From contig JAJECV010000006.1 of NCBI GenBank assembly GCA_022821875.1, positions 98,886 to 162,885 on the forward strand: a stretch of 64,000 nt of DNA, given 5' to 3'. Below are positions 1 through 7,553 of the stretch, in pieces. The stretch is from Rhodothermales bacterium (lineage in GTDB: Bacteria; Bacteroidota; Rhodothermia; Rhodothermales; Bin80). Under the pieces are notes generated by a model. The model worked only from the letters and a program-made list of their open reading frames with translations. It was not told the origin of the DNA and ran no database searches. A program made the position numbers and the translations under genes. Positions within the stretch are counted from its first letter, which is position 1. Each line of letters begins with the position of its first letter.

Positions 1-97
1 CAAATATAATGATGAGACTCGTACTATCATGAAGAAATTGAAGATTAATGCGTTTATCTTTTGAAAATAGACGATTTGAGACATTAGATCTTCGCAG

Positions 98-1357
98 ATG
101 AATCTAACGTTAAGCGATCAGGCAGATTTGCACGGTGAGCGCGGGAAGGCCCGGCAGATGGCGATGCGTATCCTTGTGCGTATGCTGCCGGTCTTCGGGG
201 CCGAAAAATTTCTGGACATCACGGCCGCACATATTGACAGTTCGCTGTTTCAGGGGGATGCAACGCTTGAATATGCACAGCGGCTGTCGGAATGGGGTGC
301 AAAGGTTGTCGTTCCAACAACACTGAATGTGAGCGGAGTCGACGAGCATGGATGGAAACGCTGGAGTGTACCCGAGGACTGGGCCGAAAAAGCCCGAAGG
401 CAGATGGCGGCCTATCAGGCGATGGGCTGCAGGCCTACCTGGACCTGTGCCCCGTATCAGGAGAGTGAACGCCCGGTGTTTGGCCAGCAAATCGCCTGGG
501 GAGAATCCAGTGCGGTTGTATTTGTGAATTCAGTCCTGGGAGCAAGGACAGCGCGTTATCCGGATCTTCTGGATATATGTGCGGCGATCACAGGCCGCGT
601 TCCGGCAGCCGGACTCCATTTAGAGGAGAACCGTCGGGGACAGGTGCTATACCGCCTTAAAGGTGTCCCGCACACACTTCTTGAAGACGATAGCTTTTAC
701 GGGGTTCTGGGGCATTTAATCGGCACGGATGCTGGAAGGTTCATTCCGGTGATTGAAAGGCTGGAGGCGGTTCCAGGCGAAGATCACCTGAAAGCACTGG
801 GGGCGGCAATGGCCTCCGCGGGGGCCATTGCGCTGTATCATCTCATTGGCGTTACGCCCGAGGCACCTGCTATGGAGTCTGTATTTCGGGGAGCACCTCC
901 GCTTCGTACGGTAACCATCACGATGGAGATGCTGCGTGCTGCGCGTAAGGAACTGACTACAGCCGATAATGAGCAACTGGATATGATTGTTCTGGGGAGT
1001 CCTCATTTCTCGTTGAATGAGTTTGCTGCGCTGTCGAAACTTGTGCAGGGAAAATGCAGGCATGAGCGGGTTCAGTTTCTGATTACAGCGAGCCGCGCGG
1101 TTCGGGCACTTGCGGATCGGGCAGGGTATCTGGAGGCGATCCGGCGCTTTGGGGGGCGGGTGACGGTGGATACCTGTATTCTGACCAGTCCGATGCTCCC
1201 GTCCTCTATTCATGTATTGATGACGAACTCGGCAAAGTATGCCTATTACGCGCCTGGGTTGTTGGGAACCCGTGTAGTCTACGGATCAATGGAAGACTGC
1301 GTCGGTTCGGCGATATCGGGTGAAGTTACGATAGACTCGGCGCAATGGAGCATATAA
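98..1357 (+). CDS. Aconitase X catalytic (large) subunit, DUF521 family
   Basis: 419-aa ORF. The N-terminus (LTLSDQADLHGERGKARQMAMRILV...AAHIDSSLFQGDA...VVVPTTLNVSGVD) fits the DUF521/AcnX pattern. It overlaps the downstream DUF126 ORF by 13 nt, as in two-subunit AcnX operons. Confidence 0.75.
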   Translation: MNLTLSDQADLHGERGKARQMAMRILVRMLPVFGAEKFLDITAAHIDSSLFQGDATLEYAQRLSEWGAKVVVPTTLNVSGVDEHGWKRWSVPEDWAEKARRQMAAYQAMGCRPTWTCAPYQESERPVFGQQIAWGESSAVVFVNSVLGARTARYPDLLDICAAITGRVPAAGLHLEENRRGQVLYRLKGVPHTLLEDDSFYGVLGHLIGTDAGRFIPVIERLEAVPGEDHLKALGAAMASAGAIALYHLIGVTPEAPAMESVFRGAPPLRTVTITMEMLRAARKELTTADNEQLDMIVLGSPHFSLNEFAALSKLVQGKCRHERVQFLITASRAVRALADRAGYLEAIRRFGGRVTVDTCILTSPMLPSSIHVLMTNSAKYAYYAPGLLGTRVVYGSMEDCVGSAISGEVTIDSAQWSI

Positions 1358-1845
1358 TCCATGGTACAGTGCTGGTGGAGGGGGCGGCTTCCGGTCCGCT
1401 TCTGGTCAGTGATACACCGCTTAGTTTCTGGGGCGGCTACAGCCAGTTCACGGGCGAGGTCATTGATCGTCGGCATCCATTGTCGGGGGAAATTGCGACG
1501 GATTGCATTCTGGCCATTCCTGCATCCAGAGGCTCCAGCACTACCACGGCAGTGCTGCTGGAAGCAGTCCGCAGGGGCACTGCGCCCGCCGCCCTGATCA
1601 CAAATCAGATGGATACATTTTTGGTTCTTGCTTCAATCGTGGCAGATGAACTTTATCAAAAACCGATTCCGGTCTTCGCCCTGGATATCGAAGCGTTTGC
1701 ATTGCTGAGTAGCGGTCAGTATGCAGTACTGAATCCAGATGGAAACGTCATAGTCAGGGATCGGCAGGGCAGGGTTTCCGGGCCACAAGCACTTCCCGTT
1801 TCCCAGGTGGTCCAGGGCGGCGCATTACCGAGAACCCGCTCGTAA
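1345..1845 (+). CDS. Aconitase X swivel (small) subunit, DUF126 family
   Basis: 166-aa ORF with GAASGPLLVSDTPLSFWGGYSQFTGEVIDRRHPLSGEI...AIPASRGSSTTTAVLLEAVRRGTAPAALI, the typical DUF126 signature. Translationally coupled to the DUF521 ORF. Confidence 0.72.
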   Translation: MEHIIHGTVLVEGAASGPLLVSDTPLSFWGGYSQFTGEVIDRRHPLSGEIATDCILAIPASRGSSTTTAVLLEAVRRGTAPAALITNQMDTFLVLASIVADELYQKPIPVFALDIEAFALLSSGQYAVLNPDGNVIVRDRQGRVSGPQALPVSQVVQGGALPRTRS

Positions 1846-2467
1846 CCAGTGCTCGCCGGACACGGCCTGCGGCAGAATAGGTCGCAAGGCATCCGCCACC
1901 GCACAGGGTATCATGCAATTGCTGAATGAATTCCAATGTCCAAAGTATCGGGTTCGACTTCGGATCAAACGCGTCCAGATAGACACAGTCGTAGGCATTG
2001 GGAGACAGGTTCGCAGTCGTGGCCTCCCCGATATGCAGTTGAAGAATACTGCCCCCATCATGGGGTAAGTGATAGGTGCCGGAGGGGACTGCTCCATCAA
2101 AAGTTCCTCTCCACTGGATTAGATGCTGTGCAAGCGGCGGAGTCTCAATCAGTTCTCCGTAACTTAACCGGGACAGCAGGTCAGCATTTGGGATTTGCAA
2201 ATCCAGTCCGGTGTATGTGAGGGATACTTGATGACGCAGGGCAAGTGATGCAGTCAGGAGCCAATTTAATCCTGCACCGAAGCCGACCTCTAAAATGGAC
2301 ATTTCTTTTCTGGACTGGAACAGTTCCGATAGCTTCGCACCTTCAAGAAACACATGGCTGGCTTCTGTCAAAGCGCCGTGCATGGAGTGAAATGACTGCC
2401 GAAATGCATGGCTGTACAGGGTACGGCTTCCATCCCTTGTGGTACGGATTTCAAGGGAATCTTCCAT
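1754..2467 (-). CDS. tRNA mnm5s2U methyltransferase-like protein (MnmC methyltransferase domain, DUF752)
   Basis: 237-aa ORF with TRDGSRTLYS...FHSMHGALTEASHVF, a SAM-binding ILEVGFGAGLN motif, and DCVYLDAFDPKSNPILW. Confidence 0.7.
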   Translation of the reverse strand: MEDSLEIRTTRDGSRTLYSHAFRQSFHSMHGALTEASHVFLEGAKLSELFQSRKEMSILEVGFGAGLNWLLTASLALRHQVSLTYTGLDLQIPNADLLSRLSYGELIETPPLAQHLIQWRGTFDGAVPSGTYHLPHDGGSILQLHIGEATTANLSPNAYDCVYLDAFDPKSNPILWTLEFIQQLHDTLCGGGCLATYSAAGRVRRALVTSGFSVMRRPGPPGKREVLVARKPCPADP

Positions 2468-2952
2468 ATGAACGGATACACTCTGGAAAGATTAGGGGTA
2501 GAATCCCCCAATTTACTGCAAAGATCGGAAGGGGCAAACTGTGGGCTGCCGCCGCCATGCACGGCCGTTCTCCACGGGCGCTCAGGTGTGAGCATAATTA
2601 CGGGATTTAGATCGGTCGGATACCATGGGAGGGCAGCGTTTGATTCCATTGGCTTTGCAGGGCGCAGCACGGCCACACACATCATCCGTATTCAGGATTT
2701 GCACCGCACCGCACCGCACTGCTGTACGGAGCGTTCATGTTATGACTCCAGTGATCCCTGAAATGGATTCGTGGGGAGATGCGTGATGTTACTCCTCACG
2801 GACATGATGTTCTATCTGAAACTGGTTCCATGTTGTTCAGACGCATTTTCAGACAGGAGAAACAGCACTGAAAACAAAGGGATTGAAACTTTCCAGACAG
2901 GTGCGTGTATACACTGACTGAGACGTGCTTAATGCAGCGATCTCCTTCCGGG

Positions 2953-2983
2953 GCCCACGCAATAGCGTGGGCTTCCGTGTTTC
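2953..2983 (+). terminator. Unit-1 hairpin plus T-rich tail (terminator-like)
   Basis: gcccacgc-aata-gcgtgggc followed by ttccgtgtttc. Confidence 0.4.
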
Positions 2984-3273
2984 TGATAAGATCCTGATCA
3001 AGTCCAGAAGCTTCACCTACCCGGTGAACCCGGTCATTGCTCCGATAGATTGGGGTTTTTCTCTGTCCTATCCTGATACCCCTTACAATATTCAACCTGC
3101 AGATGCAGGTGTGCCATCAGTTTATTCAAGTGAGTATTTTTCGGTTTCCTCCTCGTAGTACGAATGCTTTTCTGCGCAGTTTAAGGTGGCGGATATGGGC
3201 TATTGAAGCTATTTGAATTTTAGTCCGTATACTATGGGTGAGGCGCGGTCCATGTGAGCGCCCTCTTTCCGAG

Positions 3274-3303
3274 GCCCACACTTGTTGTGGGCTTTCGTGT
3301 TTC
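3274..3303 (+). terminator. Unit-2 hairpin plus T-rich tail (terminator-like)
   Basis: gcccaca-cttgt-tgtgggc followed by tttcgtgtttc. The seventh stem pair is A:T where unit 1 has G:C. Confidence 0.4.
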
Positions 3304-3593
3304 GGGTATCCTCCTAGTTGAGTCCAAAAACTTCACCTACCCAATGAAACCGATCATTGCTGCGACAGACTGGGATTTTTCTCTGTCCTATCCTGATCCC
3401 CCTTACAGCATTCAAATTGTAGATACAGGTGTGCCATAAGTTCTTCAAGGAAGCTTTTTTTGGTTTCCGCCTCGTAGTACGAATGCTTTTCTGCGCAGCA
3501 GGGGAGGTGGATAGATGGGTGATTGAAACTATTTAAGTTATAATCCGTATATTACTCATGAGACGCGGTCCATGTGAGCGCCCTCGTTCCGAA

Positions 3594-3623
3594 GCCCACA
3601 CTTGTTGTGGGCTTTCGTGTTTC
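3594..3623 (+). terminator. Unit-3 hairpin plus T-rich tail, immediately upstream of the DUF3800 start
   Basis: Identical to the unit-2 hairpin. It sits 15 nt upstream of ATG 3638. Confidence 0.4.
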
Positions 3624-3637
3624 TACACCTTAGGTCA

Positions 3638-4390
3638 ATGCTTTTTGTTTACCTTGACGAATTTGGTCACATTGGTCCGTTTATAGATCGCAGGCATTCG
3701 CGACACAACGACAGCCCTGTATTCGGTTTGGCAGGATTCGCGATACCGGCAGATTCAGCACGACATTTTGGAACTTGGTTCTTTGAAAAGAAATACCAAA
3801 TGCTAGGGGCTGAGATCGAGTTGTCTGGTAAGCATCCGTGGGAATGGGAAAAGAAGGGAGTGAGTCTCTACCGTTCGAAGAGTCTGCATCGTTACTCATG
3901 GCTTCGTCATTTTACTTTACGATTGTTCTCTAAAATTCAGGGTTTAGATGGCTTCATATTCTACTATGGAATTGAGAAGACTGCCACACTTGATGAACAC
4001 AATCCAATTGGGATGTATCGGAATATCTTGCGACAATCAATAAAGCGAATAGACGATTTTTGCGAGAATTCGCACCCCGCCCCCGATAATTTTATAATGA
4101 TATTAGATGAAAATACTCAGCGTAAAAACTTAATTGCGCAAGCAGCGCAAAGTATGTACGGTAATGTTGATCAATGCAAACGCTTAATTGAACCGCCGTT
4201 TCATCTTGAAAGTCATCGTTATCAAAATTTACAAGTTGCAGATTGGATTGCCGGCCTTGTTGGGCGGCTGGGTGCACTCCAGGCCGATCCAAGGGCATTT
4301 TCAGAAAATGTTGTGTTCACCCGCTACTTTCAATCCCGACTAAAACAGGCCGCCCGGAAGTCGGGAATCAGGAAGGCATTGCACGGATAG
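3638..4390 (+). CDS. DUF3800 domain protein (function unknown)
   Basis: The ORF track opens at 3602, but the in-frame ATG at 3638 gives MLFVYLDEFGH, the family-typical N-terminus (hydrophobic-Y-x-D-E-x-G). The C-terminal LQVADWIAGLV matches the family Q-x-A-D motif. Confidence 0.75.
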   Translation: MLFVYLDEFGHIGPFIDRRHSRHNDSPVFGLAGFAIPADSARHFGTWFFEKKYQMLGAEIELSGKHPWEWEKKGVSLYRSKSLHRYSWLRHFTLRLFSKIQGLDGFIFYYGIEKTATLDEHNPIGMYRNILRQSIKRIDDFCENSHPAPDNFIMILDENTQRKNLIAQAAQSMYGNVDQCKRLIEPPFHLESHRYQNLQVADWIAGLVGRLGALQADPRAFSENVVFTRYFQSRLKQAARKSGIRKALHG

Positions 4391-4476
4391 TTCCCGTATC
4401 GCGGGCAGATCCAGGCCTGTACAGGGACATTCGAGCGGCATAGCAGTTAGAGTCTGCCAATCATTGATTGTGCACA

Positions 4477-5121
4477 ATGCTTAGTCCGGCGATTCAGGAT
4501 TACCTGAAAGTGATCTTTACGATCCAGGAAGAGAATGCCGTGGTCACCACCACAGATATCGCCCGTACCATGAATGTGTCCGCTGCATCCGTGACGGGAA
4601 TGATCAAACGCCTGGATCGGATGAAACTGGTCGTGCATGAATCGTACAAAGGTGTAAAACTCACCGGTGCCGGCGAAAAAATTGCGCTGGAAATCATCCG
4701 ACATCACCGACTGCTGGAAACCTACCTCCGGGAAATCATGGGCTACTCCTGGGAAAAAATGCATGCGGAAGCAGAACATCTGGAGCATCATATTTCTGAA
4801 GACTTCGAGGAGCGGATAGATGCACTTTTGGGGTACCCCACTCATGATCCCCACGGGCACCCAATTCCAACTCATGACCTCAAGATGGTCCGCACAAAGA
4901 CCATCGCACTCTCAGAGGCCCCCACGGGTGAACTGCTGTCCATTCACCATCTGTCCGATTCGGATGCGAATCTACTGGGACTACTGGAAAAAACGGGCCT
5001 GTTGCCCGGGTGTGAAGTTCGGATTATTGAACGCAACGACACCGGAATGAATGTGATAATTGGAAGGCGGGAAGAGTTTATTCAGGAAAAAGCAGCAGAC
5101 AGCGTGCATGTAATCATTTAA
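4477..5121 (+). CDS. DtxR/MntR-family metal-dependent transcriptional repressor with a C-terminal FeoA/SH3-like domain
   Basis: AIQDYLKVIF...TTDIARTMNVSAASVTGMIKRLDRMKLV (wHTH), HHRLLETYL, and EAEHLEHHIS...HDPHGHPIP metal ligands. ATG at 4477 chosen over the TTG at 4468. Confidence 0.8.
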   Translation: MLSPAIQDYLKVIFTIQEENAVVTTTDIARTMNVSAASVTGMIKRLDRMKLVVHESYKGVKLTGAGEKIALEIIRHHRLLETYLREIMGYSWEKMHAEAEHLEHHISEDFEERIDALLGYPTHDPHGHPIPTHDLKMVRTKTIALSEAPTGELLSIHHLSDSDANLLGLLEKTGLLPGCEVRIIERNDTGMNVIIGRREEFIQEKAADSVHVII

Positions 5122-6038
5122 AGAATTGTTTTCCCCAGAAGGGAGGCCAGAAGGCTGGCAGCCAGCTCCGCGGTCTGGTTGCCCCGGTCGATGATGGGGT
5201 TGATCTCAACGACCTCTGCCGAAGCAAGGCGGCCGTCCTCTGCGATCAGTTCCATCAGCAGATGCGCCTCCCGCGGACGGAGACCTCCCTCGACCGGCGT
5301 GCCAACCCCCGGTGCAAAATAGGGGTCTACACTGTCTACGTCAAAGCTGACATGCAGATGATCGCAGTGCTCAAGCTGTCTGAGCGCAGATTTTACAACC
5401 TCTGCAATGCCACGCTCATCAATGTCCCGCATCGTGTACAGGCCCAGGCGGGATTCCTGTAAAATGCGACGCTCGGCAACATCCAGATCACGCAGGGCAA
5501 TCATCGCAATATCTTCGGAGCGCAGTTTCGGGCCGGAACGCCCCACGCTGGTTAACCGGTCAGATCCAATTCCGCAGAGTACGGCCATCGGCATCCCGTG
5601 GACATTGCCGCTAGGAGAAGACTCGGGGGTGTTAAAATCTGCGTGTGCATCAATCCAGAGGATCCCCTTCGGGGCATCATGTGTGGCTCCGCCAATGCTT
5701 CCAATCGCAATGGAATGATCGCCTCCCATCACCAACGGGAAGCCGCCCTGGGCGAGCGTTTTGCGAACCTCCTCGTATAACAGGCTGCAGGTATCCCGAA
5801 TGGGTTCCGTAAAATCGTTCCCGTCCGTCAGCGAGGCCCGGAGTGCAGTTGGAATATTTCCATGGTCAGAGACCTGATGCCCTAATTGGCGCAGACGATC
5901 TGCAAGTCCGGCATAGCGAAGGGCACTGGGGCCGACATCCACCCCACGTAAATTCTGGCCCAGATCCATGGGGACTCCGATCAGACGGATGTTACGAAGT
6001 TGTTGATTCATGGGGCTAAATCCCTTTGTTATAGTCAA
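5118..6038 (-). CDS. rocF: Arginase (ureohydrolase family)
   Basis: [32 protein letters not shown] and SFDVDSVDP manganese-binding motifs. TTG start; an internal ATG (MNQQL) is also possible. Confidence 0.8.
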   Translation of the reverse strand: MTITKGFSPMNQQLRNIRLIGVPMDLGQNLRGVDVGPSALRYAGLADRLRQLGHQVSDHGNIPTALRASLTDGNDFTEPIRDTCSLLYEEVRKTLAQGGFPLVMGGDHSIAIGSIGGATHDAPKGILWIDAHADFNTPESSPSGNVHGMPMAVLCGIGSDRLTSVGRSGPKLRSEDIAMIALRDLDVAERRILQESRLGLYTMRDIDERGIAEVVKSALRQLEHCDHLHVSFDVDSVDPYFAPGVGTPVEGGLRPREAHLLMELIAEDGRLASAEVVEINPIIDRGNQTAELAASLLASLLGKTIL

Positions 6039-6183
6039 AACGAAGCAGATTCGTTAATTTTGGGGCTTATATACCTGAGTGCCCATACTTAGGGAACTTT
6101 TTCCAGTCAGGTGGATAAAACGAATACAATCGGGAAGGATAGTGCCTCCCCGATTGCCTACACAAGATCATCCGCTTGATGCT

Positions 6184-7485
6184 ATGCCCGTTAAAGATTG
6201 TAAGACAAAGCCCTCCGTCGGTTCAGGGGAACGGCAACATGTAACGATCCGCTTTCGTCTGCGAGGCGACAAGAAGACCTGCCGGTTCCTGAATGGACTG
6301 GCGGGTGTCAACCGGTATCTCTGGAATGCGGCGCTGGCAAAAGCCAAAGAGGATTACACGGAAACCGGAAAATCCCAGACCTCTCAGTTTGATTTCTACA
6401 CGTGGTATAAAGTACACAAGGATACGGTCGCACCATGGCTAAGAGATTATCCCGTAAACGCGACTCGCACCGGACTGAAGGATCTGGCGGATGCTTACAA
6501 GCAGTTCTTCAAGAAAAAGCGGGGGTTCCCTAGGTTCAAGAAAAGGGGCAAGGCGAAAAAAAGCTTCAGCGTAGATGTGTCAGGGGGGAAGATATTTTCA
6601 ACGAATGGATATGTTCGGCTAAAGCGGGGCATGCATATGAAGATGCTGCGATTTTATCGAGTGAACCGCTACACAAACTCGGTGCCCAAGACGGCCCGCA
6701 TCTTTGAAGAAAATGGAAACTGGTATATGACAGTCGTCTATGAAGTGGACGCTACCCTGCAAGATGCGGACGGCATTGGCATTGGGGTCGACCGTAATTG
6801 CGGACAGGTTGATGACAGTGCGGGAAGGATCTTCTATCTGACCGACACATCTGATATTGAAAAGCGCATTAAGAAGCTTCAACGCCGACTAGCGAAAAAA
6901 CAGAAAGGAATTCATTCCTGGAGGAGACGAAAGAAAACCATTGCACGCCATGAACGCAAGATCAAGAACATCCGAAGGAATGACTTGCGTCCTATTGCCT
7001 TATCGCTCACCGAAATCTCTGAGCTTGTAATCCTGGAAGACCTGAAAACCAAGGGTATGACCGCAAGCGCGAAAGGAACGGTCGAGAATCCGGGCAGGAA
7101 GGTGAGGCAGAAAACGGGACTGAACCGCTTGATACTGGGAACAGGATGGGCGATACTGGAGCAGTTCCTGCGAGAGCGAGACATGGTGATCAAGGTGCCC
7201 CCGTATTCTACATCACAGACATGTAGCAAGTGTTCCTGTGTGAACGCAAAGAACCGGCATAGGCAGTCCGAGTTTCTATGTCTGACGTGCGGGTACCAAG
7301 CGAATGCGGACTCAAATGCGTCCGTAAATATCCGGGCATCGGGGGATGGCATGCTGGCGCGAATTGTGCCGAACGGGTTGTGGAGCCTATGGTTGACCTG
7401 TCCTTGCGGAGCGCAAGCCTGCAAGGACAGGCAACGGGCAACGAAACACCAAAAAGACCATGAGAGCTGTTGCTCATGGACATAA
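6184..7485 (+). CDS. tnpB: TnpB (IS605 OrfB) RNA-guided endonuclease
   Basis: RuvC-I GIGVDRN, RuvC-II LVILEDLK, zinc ribbon CSKCSC...CLTCG, RuvC-III ANADSNASVNI. The start is uncertain (GTG 6079 or ATG 6184). Confidence 0.85.
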   Translation: MPVKDCKTKPSVGSGERQHVTIRFRLRGDKKTCRFLNGLAGVNRYLWNAALAKAKEDYTETGKSQTSQFDFYTWYKVHKDTVAPWLRDYPVNATRTGLKDLADAYKQFFKKKRGFPRFKKRGKAKKSFSVDVSGGKIFSTNGYVRLKRGMHMKMLRFYRVNRYTNSVPKTARIFEENGNWYMTVVYEVDATLQDADGIGIGVDRNCGQVDDSAGRIFYLTDTSDIEKRIKKLQRRLAKKQKGIHSWRRRKKTIARHERKIKNIRRNDLRPIALSLTEISELVILEDLKTKGMTASAKGTVENPGRKVRQKTGLNRLILGTGWAILEQFLRERDMVIKVPPYSTSQTCSKCSCVNAKNRHRQSEFLCLTCGYQANADSNASVNIRASGDGMLARIVPNGLWSLWLTCPCGAQACKDRQRATKHQKDHESCCSWT

Positions 7486-7553
7486 TTCCCAAGGCTGTAA
7501 ACGAATCCTATACCTTGTTGTAATGTATAAATTAAAAAATCGAAGGGGTTCCC
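7330..7553 (+). ncRNA. Expected omega/reRNA scaffold overlapping the tnpB 3' end (position inferred, not demonstrated)
   Basis: In characterised TnpB elements the guide RNA scaffold overlaps the 3' end of tnpB and ends at the IS right end. Here there are stems ccttgc...gcaagg (about 7401-7425) and ccatgag...ctcatgg (7458-7479), and the last ~55 codons of the ORF look non-protein-like. Confidence 0.3.

Larger units (their letters stand above)
2878..3623 (+). repeat. Head-to-tail array of ~320-nt units (partial unit 0, full units 1 and 2, partial unit 3); candidate structured ncRNA linked to the DUF3800 gene
   Basis: Anchor hairpins start at 2953, 3274 and 3594 (period 321/320 nt). Perfectly conserved blocks include cctcgtagtacgaatgcttttctgcgcag (3151 and 3470), ttctctgtcctatcctgat and cgcggtccatgtgagcgccctc. 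The last unit ends 15 nt before the ATG at 3638. Confidence 0.85.
6039..7553 (+). mobile_element. IS200/IS605-family, IS1341-like TnpB-only element (boundaries approximate)
   Basis: Sits between rocF and panC and contains tnpB only, with no Y1 TnpA. Candidate left-end hairpins at 6039-6056 (aacgaa-gcagat-ttcgtt) and 6127-6156 (caatcggg...cccgattg). Right-end hairpin at 7458-7479 (ccatgag...ctcatgg). Confidence 0.4.

Noticed and set aside
2368-2685. 105-aa minus-strand ORF upstream of and overlapping the mnmC-like gene.
   Set aside because: It overlaps the well-supported, family-conserved N-terminus of the methyltransferase by 100 nt in another frame. The non-overlapping part has no recognisable features.
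2925-3439. ORFs 2925-3158 (77 aa) and 3254-3439 (61 aa) inside the tandem repeat encode similar peptides (FTYPVNPVIAPIDWGFSLSYPDTPYNIQ against FTYPMKPIIAATDWDFSLSYPDPPYSIQ).
   Set aside because: The similarity simply reflects the DNA repeat. Nucleotide differences between the two copies are mostly non-synonymous (V/M, N/K, V/I, P/A, I/T, G/D, T/P, N/S), and the ORF starts are not conserved. There is no sign of purifying selection on a protein.
2878-3623. Possible CRISPR array: the units contain (g)attgaaac (2881, 3521), which resembles the ATTGAAAC 3' end of many type I repeats, and an array-less cas operon lies 13 kb away.
   Set aside because: The ~280 nt between these motifs are homologous from unit to unit, so they are not unique spacers. 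The third occurrence is degenerate (ctattgaagc). The period of 320 nt is far outside CRISPR geometry.
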